Source: Lytechinus pictus (taxonomy: Eukaryota). Taken from it: a DNA stretch of 64,000 nt. How positions within the stretch are numbered: the first letter of the stretch is position 1; every line of letters begins with the position of its first letter. The notes below the pieces were generated by a model. The model worked only from the letters and a program-made list of their open reading frames with translations, had not been told where the DNA came from and ran no database searches. Shown here piece after piece: positions 27,965 to 42,178 of this stretch. Location: the NCBI RefSeq assembly GCF_037042905.1, contig NC_087254.1:3720001-3784000 (forward strand), read 5' to 3'. A program made the position numbers and the translations under genes.

Positions 27965-30074
27965 ATTATATATGAACACAAACTTGTGACATTGTCAAAA
28001 GCTAGTTGCGACCCCTTGAACAGTTGAACATCAAGTCTCATTGTGAAATAAAAACGGTTATGGTTGTTGGAATAGGTTGGCCATTATGGCTTCTTCCTGA
28101 GTATATAGTGATTGTTATACCCTCTCCATTTCTTTATAAAAAACACCATCTTGACTTATTGGATGTTGGCAAGAAACTTCAGGTCCCCAAATCAACTGAA
28201 AGTCATGCATTTCATTGCAAAGTTGCAATTGACTGAAGTTCTGCTTCTTGCATCCACCAACAAACCTAAGTTGATTTGCTTTAGTTAAAATTGATCTATC
28301 ACTTGTTAATTTGCATCTGAAATTGTAATTGATTGTACATATTTTCTTGCAACATCCCCTTAGTATTATTTAGCCAGCCTATTTATGTTTTACAATAAAA
28401 AATAGAAGAGAAAGGTACTTTTTTTACTGGACACTGTTTTTGAAATTTAAATGGCAATGTGTGTATTTAGGATGGTTGACTGTAATATGCAGCTGAAATG
28501 TGTATTTTTACGCAAAATACAGGCCCGTAGTCAGGGTTTTGTTGTTGTTGTTGTTGTTTTTTTTTTTTTTTTTTTTTTTGGGGGGGGGGGGCAGCCGCTT
28601 TTCTAGTTCATGATCAGGCTAGGTCCGAACGTACCTCAGTTCCGTTACTTCCCGGGGCGTATCCAGCTTTCCCTCATAGGAGGGAGGCGGAACCCCCCCA
28701 AATGTTATGGATGCTGCAAATGTTATGCAACAACCGGCTTCAATGCTGTCATAATTGCCAAGACTTTCTGCAATCACGTGACACTGTATGGTTTCTATCC
28801 ATCCAACGCGGCAGAAAATGGTTACCATGTCAACCACCACTACTACGAAGACGTCGAGTTCAACTACGTAGGCAGCATCCATAACTTCAAACAAGAGTTC
28901 ACCAAGCTCAAAGAGTTTGAAGAGAAGGGGGAGATCACCATCGTAACCGATCTCTGCCCCGGGGGAAGGCGAAAGAAGGTGACCGACCATGTCAATATGG
29001 CGGCCATGTTGGACACCAAGTTTGCTTTCAACTTGAACAAAGACAGACTTAAGGAAATCTTCGAACTGTCAGATGATACTGATGACCCTGACGGTGACGA
29101 GAAGGAGCGAACTGTTGCTCGCATCCCCAAGGACACTCCCCAGCAGTTTCATGTGAATCCGGAAGTAGATTCGGAGCAGGTTTTCAAAGACATTCAGCAA
29201 AGTTCTGAAATATCGAGGACTGGTGGCGAGGCTGATGTAGGCCCAGTTATTTCTAGAAGTTATGTTGATATTTCTCGTAAAAACAAAGCTATGTCTGCAG
29301 ATGGAGCACATAGATATAAAGGGAACTATGGAAGTATTGTTCAGCAGAAATGAATTATATATGAACTCAAACTTGTGACATTGTCAAAAGCTAGTTGCGA
29401 CCCCTTGAACAGTTGAACATCAAGTCTCATTGTGAAATAAAAACGGTTATGGTTGTTGGAATATGTTGGCCATTATGGCTTCTTCCTGAGTATATGGTGA
29501 TTGTTATACCCTCTCCATTTCTTTATAAAAAAACACCATCTTGACTTATTGGATGTTGGCAAGAAACTTCAGGTCCCCAAATCAACTGAAAGTCATGCAT
29601 TTCATTGCAAAGTTGCAATTGATTGATGTTCTGCTTCTTGCATCCACCAACAAACCTAAGTTGATTTGCTTTAGTTAAAATTGATCTATCACTTGTTAAT
29701 TTGCATCTGAAATTGTAATTGATTGTACATATTTTCTTGCAACATCCCCTTAGTGTTATTTAGCCAGCCTATTTATGTTTTACAATCAAAAATAGAAGAG
29801 AAAGGTACTTTTTTTACTAGACACTGTTTTTTAAATTTAAATGGCAATGTGTGTATCTAGGATGGTTGACTGTAATATGCAGCTGAAATGTGTATTTTTA
29901 CGCAAAATACAGGCCCGTAGTCAGGGTTTTGTTGTTGTTGTTGTTGTTTTTTTTTTTTTTTTTTTTGGGGGGGGCAGCCGCTTTTCTAGTTCATGATCAG
30001 GCTAGGTCCGAACTTACCTCAGTTCCGTTACTTCCCGGGGCGTATCCAGCTTTCCCCATAGGAGGGAGGCGGAA
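27335..30074 (+). repeat. Tandem duplication, period 1389 bp (27335-28692 / 28724-30074), with a 31-bp junction insert
   Basis: Direct comparison of the two copies. Confidence 0.95.
28724..29353 (+). pseudogene. Duplicated terminal exon of the sialyltransferase (lacks the native acceptor and first 19 nt)
   Basis: Near-identical to 27335-27964 (5 substitutions seen); open frame, extendable to an ATG at 28610. Confidence 0.8.
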
Positions 30075-33000
30075 AACTATTTTAATCCACATTTTCCCCG
30101 ATCGGCGGCTAAAAATAACTGGAATAAAGGCTGAAATTTCAGTGCATCTTAACTTTTTTTTTTCTTACGAACAATAATGTCATAAAGCATACTATGTACA
30201 CAAATAATGCGCGCGACATGTGCGAGCCGAAATTTGTAATAGGCCTTAACTGACATGAAGGCCAATTAAGGACTGTTAGCAGCGGCTCATAAGCAAGAAA
30301 CGGGAGCTGAAAGGTTTTTTTTTATATTCTGACCTGAAAATTTGTCATTCTTAGCACTAATCATAATCAGGATGGTTAGTGCTATAGACGTGAGCGACCA
30401 TAATTAAGATGGTTAATGCCAATCAATAGGCGTGAGCGCTAAGCGCGAGATAAAAACATTGATATTCCGGCCTTAAAACTGGACAGTTTGAGCACATTTT
30501 ATAATGGATTATAAAGATTGGGAATATGAGCGCGAACTGAAAATTTTGGCGAATAACAGGGGCCGTGGAACGGTTTTCAAAGTGGGGTGGGGGGGGGGGC
30601 TGACCATGCAAAAACACAGTCCTATGATCATTTTTCATTTTGTACACGGTTTTGAAAAAAAATGAGGGGGGTTGGACCCCCCCCCTGAATTAGACCTAAA
30701 ACGGGTCATTTAGGCAGCTTCTGTAATTCTTAACAGGATAAGTATCTGATTCAATAATATGTAACAATTTTTTTTATTCCGATTTGAAAAATTGACAGTT
30801 AATTAATGACGTTTTTAATACAGAACAATATATATATATAATAAATACTTTTTAAACATCATTTTTTACTTCTTTTTTATTTATCAATTAAGTAATTTGC
30901 GTTTTTTTTTTTTTTTTTTGGGGGGGGGGTTGTTGGCAAACAAGGATCCCCCCGTCTGAAATAAGCTCTTATTTTAATTACCACTTTACCCAATCTGACT
31001 CAATAACAGCATTTCAAATTTGACACAATTTATGCAATATATCAACTTCATTCCTCTCCCATCTTGCAACTGCCCCCCCCCCCAAAAAAAAAAAAAATAT
31101 ATATATAATTGAAAAAAAAAAACTTATAACTTTCTGTGTGATTTGTCACATGAGTAAAAACGGCAACGAGCAAATGGCCTCTATTTACTATCGCCCTTTC
31201 TCTTTCTCTCTTGACTTTCTTCCTTCTTTCTTTTGAGCTCATCCTCTTCTTCAGATCATTTTCTACATTTGCAAATGTTACCTAATTGCATTCATTTGGT
31301 GTTTTTTTGGTTGCTTCTCTTCATCCCTCTTTTTTTCCTTTCATTTGGTATACTTCACACATTTCTCTCTCTCTCTCTTCCTATTCACCCTATCTTTTAA
31401 TGATATCATTTCAATGATAACACTTGCAAACAGTTTTTTTTTACTTTTTCGAGTGTAAAAAATCAAAAATCTTTTTCTTCTTTAATTAGAATCGTGAAAC
31501 AATACCTTTAAAATCCACAAGTGAAGTGACAATATTTCTTCCCTCTCTTTCCGTATAATTACAACAACTAGAAAACAGATACACATCTACAATCACAAAA
31601 CAAACATCACTGTCCACCATGGCGTCTGAACTCCATTATTATATGGTTCCATACCTTAACTAATCTCAACACATACCTTCATATCAAAAGCGGTGTTTAA
31701 AATTGTAAGCATGTTGTTTAAGCCTGTCCCTGTATTCACTGTTGTGAAAAGTTTTACAAGTTGTTTAAGATTTTTTTAACAATTATTAAAAAAAAATAAA
31801 CTTCTTGTTAGAGTGACAGGCATCGACAATATGCTTATTCTGTTTTACTGTGTATAACTTCACTTCTTAACTCACAGACAATATCCATAATTTGTGTGTT
31901 TCATAATATGAGCTGGCAAGTTGGGCCCAAATTGTGCCGTCACGCATAAGCGTTAATCCGGATTGGTCGACCACTTTGTACTCAACACCATGCAATACTC
32001 ACTGTGTTTCTCTACAATAACACTGGTGTTAATTAAACACCAGCCTGGTGTCTCTATTGGAAAACACAAGAGAGGTGTTGAAACATCACCAGACTGGTGT
32101 TAGGCTAACACCAGATAGGCATTTAAGCAACAGTCAGTGTTAAAACAATATCGCTTTGATTCTCATCTGGTGATCTTTCAACACCTCCCCGGTGTTTTCC
32201 GATTTAGATACTACGTTGGTATTAAATAAACACCTGTAGTTTTGTAGTGCATGTGATTTAAAACCTTGGCTTATCGCCAGGTTTCCTAGAATCCCGCTGC
32301 TAGTTCAACTGATTAACACTTATTTTGTCCCTGCCCTTGGAATTCATTGACCAGTGAAATATCAATTTCATTTTTCAATTCTTACACTCGGTCCGTTATC
32401 TTGCATGTCATTAGTGGTCAACCCGTAAACGTTCCAAGGCATGTATTATGAAGCGCACAAATTGCAAGGCAGTCCAACCCCATTTTCATTTCATGAAGAC
32501 GACATACACTATTAACTTATTGTGCATCAATAAATGGAAACATAAATGAATATTTTATGATCTTCTTTAAATGATGGGAAAAATTATGCGTGTTGCCTGT
32601 AAGTCTTCATAATATTTTATAGAAGGAATTAGATTTAAACAACAGATCCAATTGGCATCAATAGATATATGTGTAGGTATTGAAACAATTCTCATAAAAA
32701 TGAATGGAATTCTAGAAGAGCATTTATACATTTACAATGAAATTTGCTGTATGAGAAAATTAACTGGAATAGGTCTCACTCCTAATATACTTTTATTCCT
32801 CCAAGTGAATTCATGGCATTACATGTCGATGTGAGGTATAAAACTTACACTTCAATAAATTACATAAACTCTGTTTGAATGCACCTAAAACAAGATTCCA
32901 AACAGAAAGTAAAGATAAACCAAACATTGTTTATCAGACATGTATATTCCCAATTCATTATAATAAGAATGGAAATAATTAGATATCCACCTTCATATTT

Positions 33001-33989
33001 TGGCAAATTCTGAGGCGTTGCTGCAAAAGTAGAAGGATTAGCATGTTTCCCCTTCATTGATGCACAAATAAGACATCCATGTCATTACCAATAAAATTGA
33101 AAGTACATGTTCTACATGCTATGCATTACAACAACATGTCTTAATATATGAAACACAAACAGTATACCTAACCTAGCTACATCAACTTAGTATTGCTGTA
33201 TTGGTTATCAACTTATAGGAAAATTCAGTATTTAAATATAAACACAAAACTGAACACAAATCTTCAACATATAACTCTGGGACACAAATACTAAACACAG
33301 AGCACATAAATACGTGTAGCTTGTACAAGCCCGCATACAAGTGTTGTGTGTTGCTAGGTGCATTGAACAATCCGTTTGTGGTAATTACCATGATGGTAAC
33401 ATTGATCAGCCAAAATAATTAATATTTAGGATGAATTTACCACACATCACATCATACTGTAACCACTGACAGTAGCTATTATCATTCTATATGGTATTTT
33501 TGATACTGTTGTAACGACGGTCCCTATTTCATTTCTCCATGCCGCACCAAGCCTGCTATTATTGAAATAAAAGGTTTGGCATGTTATAAATAATTCATTC
33601 TAAAATTCAGCATAAAGCAAAGAAATATGAACATGATTCAGTAGTTTGACATTGTTTACTTATTAGATATCACATATGACATTTAATTCATTGTATAAGC
33701 ATAGTTTGGGTCAAATGACTTGTAGTGACAATGTTTAATACACCTTAGTTCTTAGGAAAGATGGGAGTTGTAGTGTGTAGAATACTGTGTAAAAACATTA
33801 TTTTTATGATGAGTATTGGATTCTTCAATAAGTTTTGTCTTTTGTGATATGAAGCCTACAAGTGCATCTCTCTGCAGTTAATCCAAATTTATTTAAAACG
33901 CACTTGAAATGTATTCATGGTGTATTAATCCCTGACTTTCAATCTGTTGAATTATTATTCATGAAAGAAAACATATTAAAATACTATGT

Positions 33990-34620
33990 TCATTGACCAA
34001 AAATAACTTTTGACCTTGATGTGACCTAAGACTTGTGCCAAACAATCACTGATACTGATTACCCTTATGTGTATGTTTCATGCAACAGATCCATAATCAA
34101 TCTTGATCATGTGATCAGAAACTCGCACAGGATGTTCAGGGATACTTGATTGCTCTTATGTCCTAATTTCATGAACTAGATCCATAAAATTAGTTATGAC
34201 AATTCAATAATTACCTACGTAGACACTAAATGACATTTGACCTTGGTCATGTGACCCGAAACTCAGACAGGATTTCTAGTGATACACCATTACCCTACAT
34301 GTATGTCCAGGTTTCATTAACTACATACATAAAAATTTAAAGTCATGACATTCCAAACAGTTAACCTTGGTTACGATTTTGATATTGGTCTCTTTTAAAT
34401 GACTCTAAATGACAGTTGTCATGTGACCTGAAACTCAGGCAGGTTGTTCAGTAATACTTGATCACCCTTATGCCCAAGTTTCATGAACTAGGTCCATATG
34501 CTTTCTAAGTTATGATGACATTTCAAAAACTTAACCTTAGGTTAAGAATCAATGTTGACGCCGCCACTGTCGGAAAAGCGACGCCTATAGTCTCGCTCTG
34601 CTACACAGGCGAGACAAAAA
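33990..34620 (+). mobile_element. Helentron/DINE-1-like non-autonomous element with a TGACC-repeat core
   Basis: Degenerate tandem units; 3' hairpin GTCTCGC...GCGAGAC followed by an A-run. Confidence 0.6.
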
Positions 34621-37600
34621 AGGGTTACCATCATCTTACAGCTATAAAGTCAAGTTTTTTTTTATGAACACTCTCTTATCCTATTTCTGAATAAATTACA
34701 TGAATTCATTCAAAAATAAATTCCTTGTATATTCAATCATGTTTGATCACAAGCTTCAAATTAACTGAACATATATGGCTATCATGATAAATTACCAAGG
34801 AGGGGGGGGGGGGCAAATCAAGAGGGTTTTTTGTCCACCTACATGTAGATGTATAATTGGAAATATACTTTGAAGCAATATTGCAGATTCTAAATGAAAA
34901 GCGCCACCAACATGCCTAACTTCAAAGCTTATTAGCTAATACCTCAATCATCAAGATAAAAACCACAAAATCAACTCAAAGCTAAGAATAAGACAAAAAT
35001 GATTTTAATTTAATGATTTTAATTTAATTTTTACATAACCCATATACAGTTTGAACTGTGACTACATGTAGCTATCCAGATTTAATACTTTATATCAATA
35101 AAATGATCTCGTTTCGTATCTTTTACAGTTCCCCACCTGAAGTTTTAAAAGACATGTACATAATATAATTTGAGTAATGAGGTAACTTGACTTGGCTAAA
35201 TAGAAACATGATCTAGCATTGATGTAACCAGGGCCCGGTAACACAAACATTAGCAATTAATTGCTAAATGAAATGGCCTATCAAGATTGCAGAGTGTGCA
35301 TTTTGCTCTGTAGACCAATTAGGAACCAATTTTTAAATTAGCGATTTATAGCAAACCTTTGTGTTACTGGGCCCAGATGTGAAAAAAGCTTTGGTTAACG
35401 CAGAAAAATTCATATCTGGGCCGTCTCCCAAAGAAGTGGGTTAAATCTATTGTAACTCGTTTCTTCGCCAATTTTACCATTATCATAATGATCATTCCAT
35501 GTTACTGTTGTATATATATATTGGATGATTTTATGATTGAAATGAATAAATTAAGATCGTTGTTGTATGCACACATTGTTCAACACACTGACGAGGATCC
35601 AAACAGAATTGCTCTTTACATTTGCAATCCATTGCAAACCTTTGTGAAACTTGGATATAATCTGTATACATGTACATTCAAATACTTAATTTACACTTGT
35701 ATAAGTTACCACTTCTACTGCTTTCTACCAAATGGTTAACATGAAGAAGGAAAACGAATGATATTTCCTTGCGAAGAGAAGAACTAAGTTTGTACATTAT
35801 ACAAAAACGATAATTTTTTTTAATAATATCATTTGCTTTCTGCGTGTTCATTAATGAAACATTAACATACCTAACAGGAGCTACTAAAGGTTTGTGATGT
35901 GGGTGGCCTTTATATTACAATGTGCAATGGAGGAGATATTAGTTTTGGCAGTAAATCTTAGTGTATATTAATTATGTGCACATGTTCAGTTAGATTACAT
36001 AAATTACTACATAAAAAACAACATACTTAAGCAAATTTGACAAGTTTACCAAGGGTCGCCCTATAGAAATGTAGCACATGCTGTTATTTATTTGACAAAT
36101 GACTGAATCCATAATTAACCCAATCATTTAGTGATTTCAAACTTTTGAAATTATGCAAATACCAACACATTTTTATGATCATTTGATTAGTATAGAGAAT
36201 ATGAAGAGAGAGTATGGAAGAGATGAGTATGAAATTTACGTGTGTGTTAGATCTTAAAAGACAAATATCATTCAGGTGGGCGTGTCATACAGCTGCTCGT
36301 AAGATTAGAGCGACGTTAACGACAGCTGAATTCAATACAAGGACATGGTATCTACATGTATTCCACCAAATGGAAACATGTTCTATAATAAATACCAAAT
36401 AAGTTTGAACACAATGACACTCAATTTCAATATCTATTATTTCATTCAGTACTCCTGTATTTTCCTCACTACAAAAGACACTAATTTTTCACAATTACGA
36501 CCAATATACATTGCTCTTTACAGATTTACATATAGGAAGCAAATATTTTTAAATCAAAATAAGACTTGGTCAACACATACTTATTACCCCAAATCTTAAA
36601 CATGTACACACACTTATACGTATTATGAATTTCATGTAATATAAAATCACTATCGTTGTAATATTAAGAAATCTATACAAATTTAATAGATGTTTAATTT
36701 CCTTCCAAAGTAAAATAAACGATAGTAGGTCATTGAAAATCAAACACGGCATTTTTAAATGATTATTGATCTACATATATGGAGACGTTAGATATAAAAT
36801 GGCATAAATGGTGCTTCTTGCCACATATACCAACATCAACAATCGTGAACCTCATCTGAAGCAAAAGTTTGCTCTTCACATACCTGTCATTTTAAAATTC
36901 ATTATCCAAATTTCAGCTGTTGTTTTCATATTTCATTCCTAACCATGCTGTGACATGCCAGATGCTCCAAAAACAATACCTTAATCATGATTCATTCATA
37001 CCATGTTACATCTCCTCCTAATGTATCTAAAAAAAGCAAAACACTATTTAAACATTAATATAATGAAAGAAAGAATGCTGTTGAATTCAATTGTCATGAC
37101 AATTAAATGAAAAGGAAAACATCAGAAACCACATCTTACGATGCGGACTGGAAACTCCTAAACTAGACCAGTGATGAAGCAAACACGTTTTGTTTCATTA
37201 CCTCATACATGGCAGCTTACATGTGGAGTTCCACAGGGCTCTTAGGGTGGACCCATCCTGGTTAAGTACAATAATATTCTGCTATGAGCCCCACACTTCG
37301 TCTACTTCATAGTGTATACCAGCCGGAAAAATAAATTGAAAGAGTATACTCATCACGAAATTTGTAAATACTAGTCTTTATGAGTTCAACATTGAACTAT
37401 AGAATTGAATATGTCCAAGAACATGTACTAGCACTTACGAGGCCTACACGTTGCTTACACGGGCAACCTAGTGTGTACATATACACATATCATTGTATGA
37501 GTTTAACATATATATTGTGACAGTAAACTGATCAAAATGTAAAGATGAAACATGTGAATGGAAGGAACGCCTGTAATATTTCGAGGATTGACAAAATAGG

Positions 37601-38332
37601 CATATGATTATATAAATGTGGGTGATACAGCAGGGTAATAAGCAACATAAAATTCTGAGACATGTTGTGATACACAAGGACATTATTGTAACGGTATAAT
37701 CATTTCAATCACAAATGGGCACAATTCTAGAGATAAAAGGATAGAATATGGACTCCATCCATCCATTTACTGTACAATACATTATTGCATACGTACTATA
37801 TCTCTCCATTGACATATTTACATTCGGAGCTATACAGAGACTTTGTGTCCAGCGCCCTGGAACATAAACATTAGTGATTGATTTTAGGGCTGATTCCTAC
37901 GATTGATCATACACAAAAGTCAATGTAACCAATCATAGATATCGTCATCACGATCAAACACTAACCTCTATGTTACATGGCTGGTAACAATCTATTCAAC
38001 ATCTTCCATAGATTTTTAAATACACTAAGAAAAATGAATAGAAATTTTCAGAAGAAAACATAAAATATCTAACTCTATGTTCCTATTTCTAGGAAAACAC
38101 ACTAGATCAATAGTCGGTTTATTCACAGGGAAATAAAGGTTTGGCATTACTCATGATTGTAGCGTCTTGAATAAGGTATGTCATACAATGACACATCACA
38201 ACAACGTGACAATTAATAATATATGTAAACTTCATTATTCTACTTCATTTGAGATAATCAATGTTTGTATGACACAGCCGATTCAAGCCCGCTTTCCCGT
38301 CCATAGTATATTCTTTTTGTGAATTTATAGAG

Positions 38333-38755
38333 ACAATGCCCGACCTCATCACCAGGTTCGAGTAGCTACAATGCCAACCTCATCACCAGGCTGAAGGTAC
38401 TGCTATCCTCATCCTCATCACCAGGATAAGCAACTTAAAACACAACCTCATCACCCGGTGATGCAAACACAATCTTCAACCATATTCAGCAGGCTGAAGG
38501 AACTACTATCCTCAACTTCATCACCAGGTTAAAGCAAGTACAATCACCAACCTTGTCACCATGCATGCTGAAGGAACTACAACCCCAACCTCATCACCAG
38601 GTTGAAGCCACTAAAATGCTTAACCTAATCACCAGGTTGGAGCAACTACAGATGGCAACCTCATCACCAGGTTGAAATGAAATACACCTTCAATCTTATG
38701 ACCAGGTTGAAACAAGTACAATACTCAACCTCATCACCAGGCTGAAGAACTACAA
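38333..38755. repeat. ~35-bp minisatellite (core AACCTCATCACCAGG), ~12 units, just downstream of the PDPK1 stop
   Basis: Repeated core visible directly. Confidence 0.85.
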
Positions 38756-38958
38756 TTACATCACATATAATCTCTCTCCAAATCAGCAACCTCAACATAC
38801 CTTTCATGTTAGGTTGAATCATAAATAGCATTTTATGATAAGAAGTATACAATACCATTGCAAACATCACACATAACCATCGATGGACAAAGCGAAGGGG
38901 GCTGATCCTCCCACTGGTCCACAGAATGGAGCAGGTAGCGGAGGATGATGGCGATAGA

Positions 38959-39060
38959 TTAAATAGACTTTTGGTACGTATGTCTGTACATCTCTTTGAT
39001 TGCTTGACACCACTCAACTGCATCACTCTCTGGGTCAATAAGGTAGTATGTCCGATTTGG
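38959..39060 (-). CDS. PDPK1: PDPK1 last coding exon
   Basis: [33 protein letters not shown]. Confidence 0.95.
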   Translation of the reverse strand, partial: PNRTYYLIDPESDAVEWCQAIKEMYRHTYQKSI

Positions 39061-42000
39061 CTGGAAAAAGAAAAAATACACACAAATTCATGTTATATTT
39101 TGTCAACACAGTCCATATGTCAATAAGGTTGCACATACCTTTTGGCAGATGAGTAAAATAGATTATAGAAATGTCATATTCCGTTGACACAATCTATAGT
39201 TTAACTTTGAGAATATAGATATATATGACAGATTCGTATGACAGAACCTCTGGGTCCATTAATAAGCATGTCCACTTATTTTTCATGTATGTCAAATAAT
39301 TGCTTAAGTTGAGAGATTAAAATTGTACATGTTATATGTTTTTTCAAACAATCTCTCTCGACTAGTATTGTGCATATGTGTCAAATTTGACAAGGGAGAA
39401 AAGATCACTGAAATATAAATGTCACATTTCATTTTGACAGTATCATTTATTGAACTTGTACACTTTATCCATCTTAAAAAAATGCACCTTATAAAAAGGA
39501 AAAAAAGGGTCCCATCCCATTCCATCTCAAAGAAAAATATGGAAGGAGTATTACAACCAATTTTAAAACTCTGGGATGTACAAATCAGAGTAGAATTTGT
39601 GCAATACATTTTTCCATCGTCAACTCACATGACATAAATGATCATTTTGCAGCAACATTTCAGAGCACATATCAGGAAAACCTTTTTATACTTTGTACAG
39701 TAACAACGAAGGATGTGACTGTTTACTTACTGTATGCACAAAATATGTCTTGAAATTCTTAGCTTCTACTTTCAGTTGCGGTGACCTGAAAAGGATGGAT
39801 AACCAGATCATATGAGAATTACTTCCACAATAATTTTTGCAGATTTTTTTTTAAATTGAACTGAATACCAGCCCAGAAACATTGCATTAATGGCTCCGAA
39901 TAGAGTGATGCACTCATATTTCTTTTATGAGCATCTTTATAATATCCACATTTTCATGTGCAATATCAATTTTTATACATATTTTAACATTTTTATACAA
40001 TAAATAAAATAAACCCCCCCCCCGAAAAAAAAAATCCTGAAATGTATTTCTTGTCAATCAGTTGGAGCAGGGTTACTGGTTTCAATTGATAAACCTCATG
40101 CATTAGGTTAAATAAAAAAAAATGTACACAAAGGCTTAAAAGCATGCAACTGAAAAATAAATACTCATGTAGCATTAAATGGAAATGGTTTTTCACACTA
40201 AAATCATAAACGTTGCATTCGTGGCAATAAGAATGAGGGTGTTGTAGCCTAGTGGTTAAAACTCTTGTCTTTCAATCTGAGGGACATGGGTTCGATTCCC
40301 AGCCATGGAGTGTTTTCCTTCAGCAAAAAATTCACCCACATTGTGCTGCACTCAGCACAGGTGAGGTTAATGGGAACCGGCAGGAAGCAATTCCTCAAAA
40401 AGATGTGAGCACCGGAACAGGTAGACTAGCGTAGCCAAGTTAATATAGGAGCGCCTTGAGCACCTAGCAAGGTGGATATGTGCGCTATGCAAATCCGATA
40501 GAATAATAATAATAGTTCCATTTATATAGCACTTATTACACTTTTTTCTAAGCGCTTTATATTGCAATTATTATTACCCCGGTCATCGGATCCTGACATG
40601 CCCACACACAATGTATGCACTTTCTCCACTCCCTGGGGAGCATTCCAACAAGAGTTCCAAGACTCAATTGCTAGGCATAATACAGGTACATAGGCTTTCG
40701 CATTCTACAGGGTACCCATTTAACACCTGGGTGCAGAGTGGCAAAGTGTGGATTAACGCCTTGCCAAAGGACGCTAGGCCGTGGTGGGATTCTAACACAC
40801 GTCCCTCTGATTGCAAGGCGAGAGTCAGAACCGGTACACCACAAGGCTTCCATAATATTATTATTTAATCAGGAACAATCGGAAACCCTGCTTTATTTGT
40901 TAAAAATTGAAGATTAGTTTATCTCACCATGGTATTTCTCCCTTGAGGACCATATTTTCAGGATCTACATAATACAAGTGGGGGCCTTCCGTTAGTAGTA
41001 ACATTCTCCTCCTGGCAAACAAACCCTGCCGTGTGCAAATGAACAAAATTCATAAAATAATCAAATCAAATACGCATCCATATATACCGCTTTACACGTC
41101 AATCGTGAAGAGTAACGATTTTTTAAACACCAAACTTTATTATGATCATAGTGTGGTTCGTATTGCGCGCACACCATCCAAAGACACTCATGGCACTAGC
41201 TCAGCAACAGTTCTTTGATATATGAACAAGCTACAAATATAAACACATTCAATTACCCTAAAATCCTAAGAAATGACACATTGCCATAAATAAAAGCATG
41301 AGTTTGTATATCAAATTTGTGTCACTTGTCAAAACTGTATCCCGACGGGGTCTGGTACCCTACTTGCTACCCCGTATATAGTATATGATTCGATCATTTG
41401 TCACAAAAAGATTTTTAAAACGAAATGGATATCAACTTTAATACTGCATTAGCACAGAAGCGAATGCATTTCATAGGTTAATACAGCATGGTAGCCTTTT
41501 AAAAAGTCCTGGTGATCTCACACAACTATGTTGTTGTTGTTGTTATTTTGAATAGGCAAACTAGTCAGTTTTGACTATTGTTGCCTTGTAAAAATGCTTT
41601 CCTTTTTGTTTTCACAACTAGAAAATTTTATTCGTCTTCCAGTGATAATGATGAGGTACGATACCATACATGTTAATGTTTAGAAATGGAAAATTCTACT
41701 CTGATTGCGCGATAGCCAATTTTTTTTTTCCTAAGATGCTGTCCAGGCAAGGGCGGCATGCTGTCGCCTAGGGCTCCTAGTAGGGGCCATGGGCGAAGCC
41801 CCGGCAAGGTTCAGAGGGCCGAAAAGTGATTACACTTCTCTGCCAACACAGAGAAGTGTATTACAATTGCTTTGTGAAACTACCCCTACGTCTGATACCA
41901 ACCTTCCTCTTATCCACCCAGCCATTCTTGAGTATGAGATTGCCTTCCACAAACCGGTGCCATTTGTTCTCCTTCCGTTGCCTCTCCAGTCTCTGCTTGC

Positions 42001-42142
42001 GTTCTCCCGGGGTAAAATCTACAACATATTTGTTATCCCTGGTAGGACTATGGGCGCGGTCGTGCGTCTCGATCCTCTTCAGGTACTCACTTAAGCTGGT
42101 AGGGTTCAACTCCAAGTCAAAATCATCAACCTATGTGGAATG

Positions 42143-42178
<36 letters not shown>

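Noticed and set aside
26327-29311. Overlapping and antisense ORFs across the sialyltransferase exons
   Set aside because: Shadow frames of GC-richer coding sequence with no independent motifs
38333-38755. Conserved-core repeat array superficially like CRISPR; GUGAUGA resembles snoRNA box C
   Set aside because: Eukaryotic context, spacers are mutually homologous, no cas genes, and no paired box D or terminal stem seen
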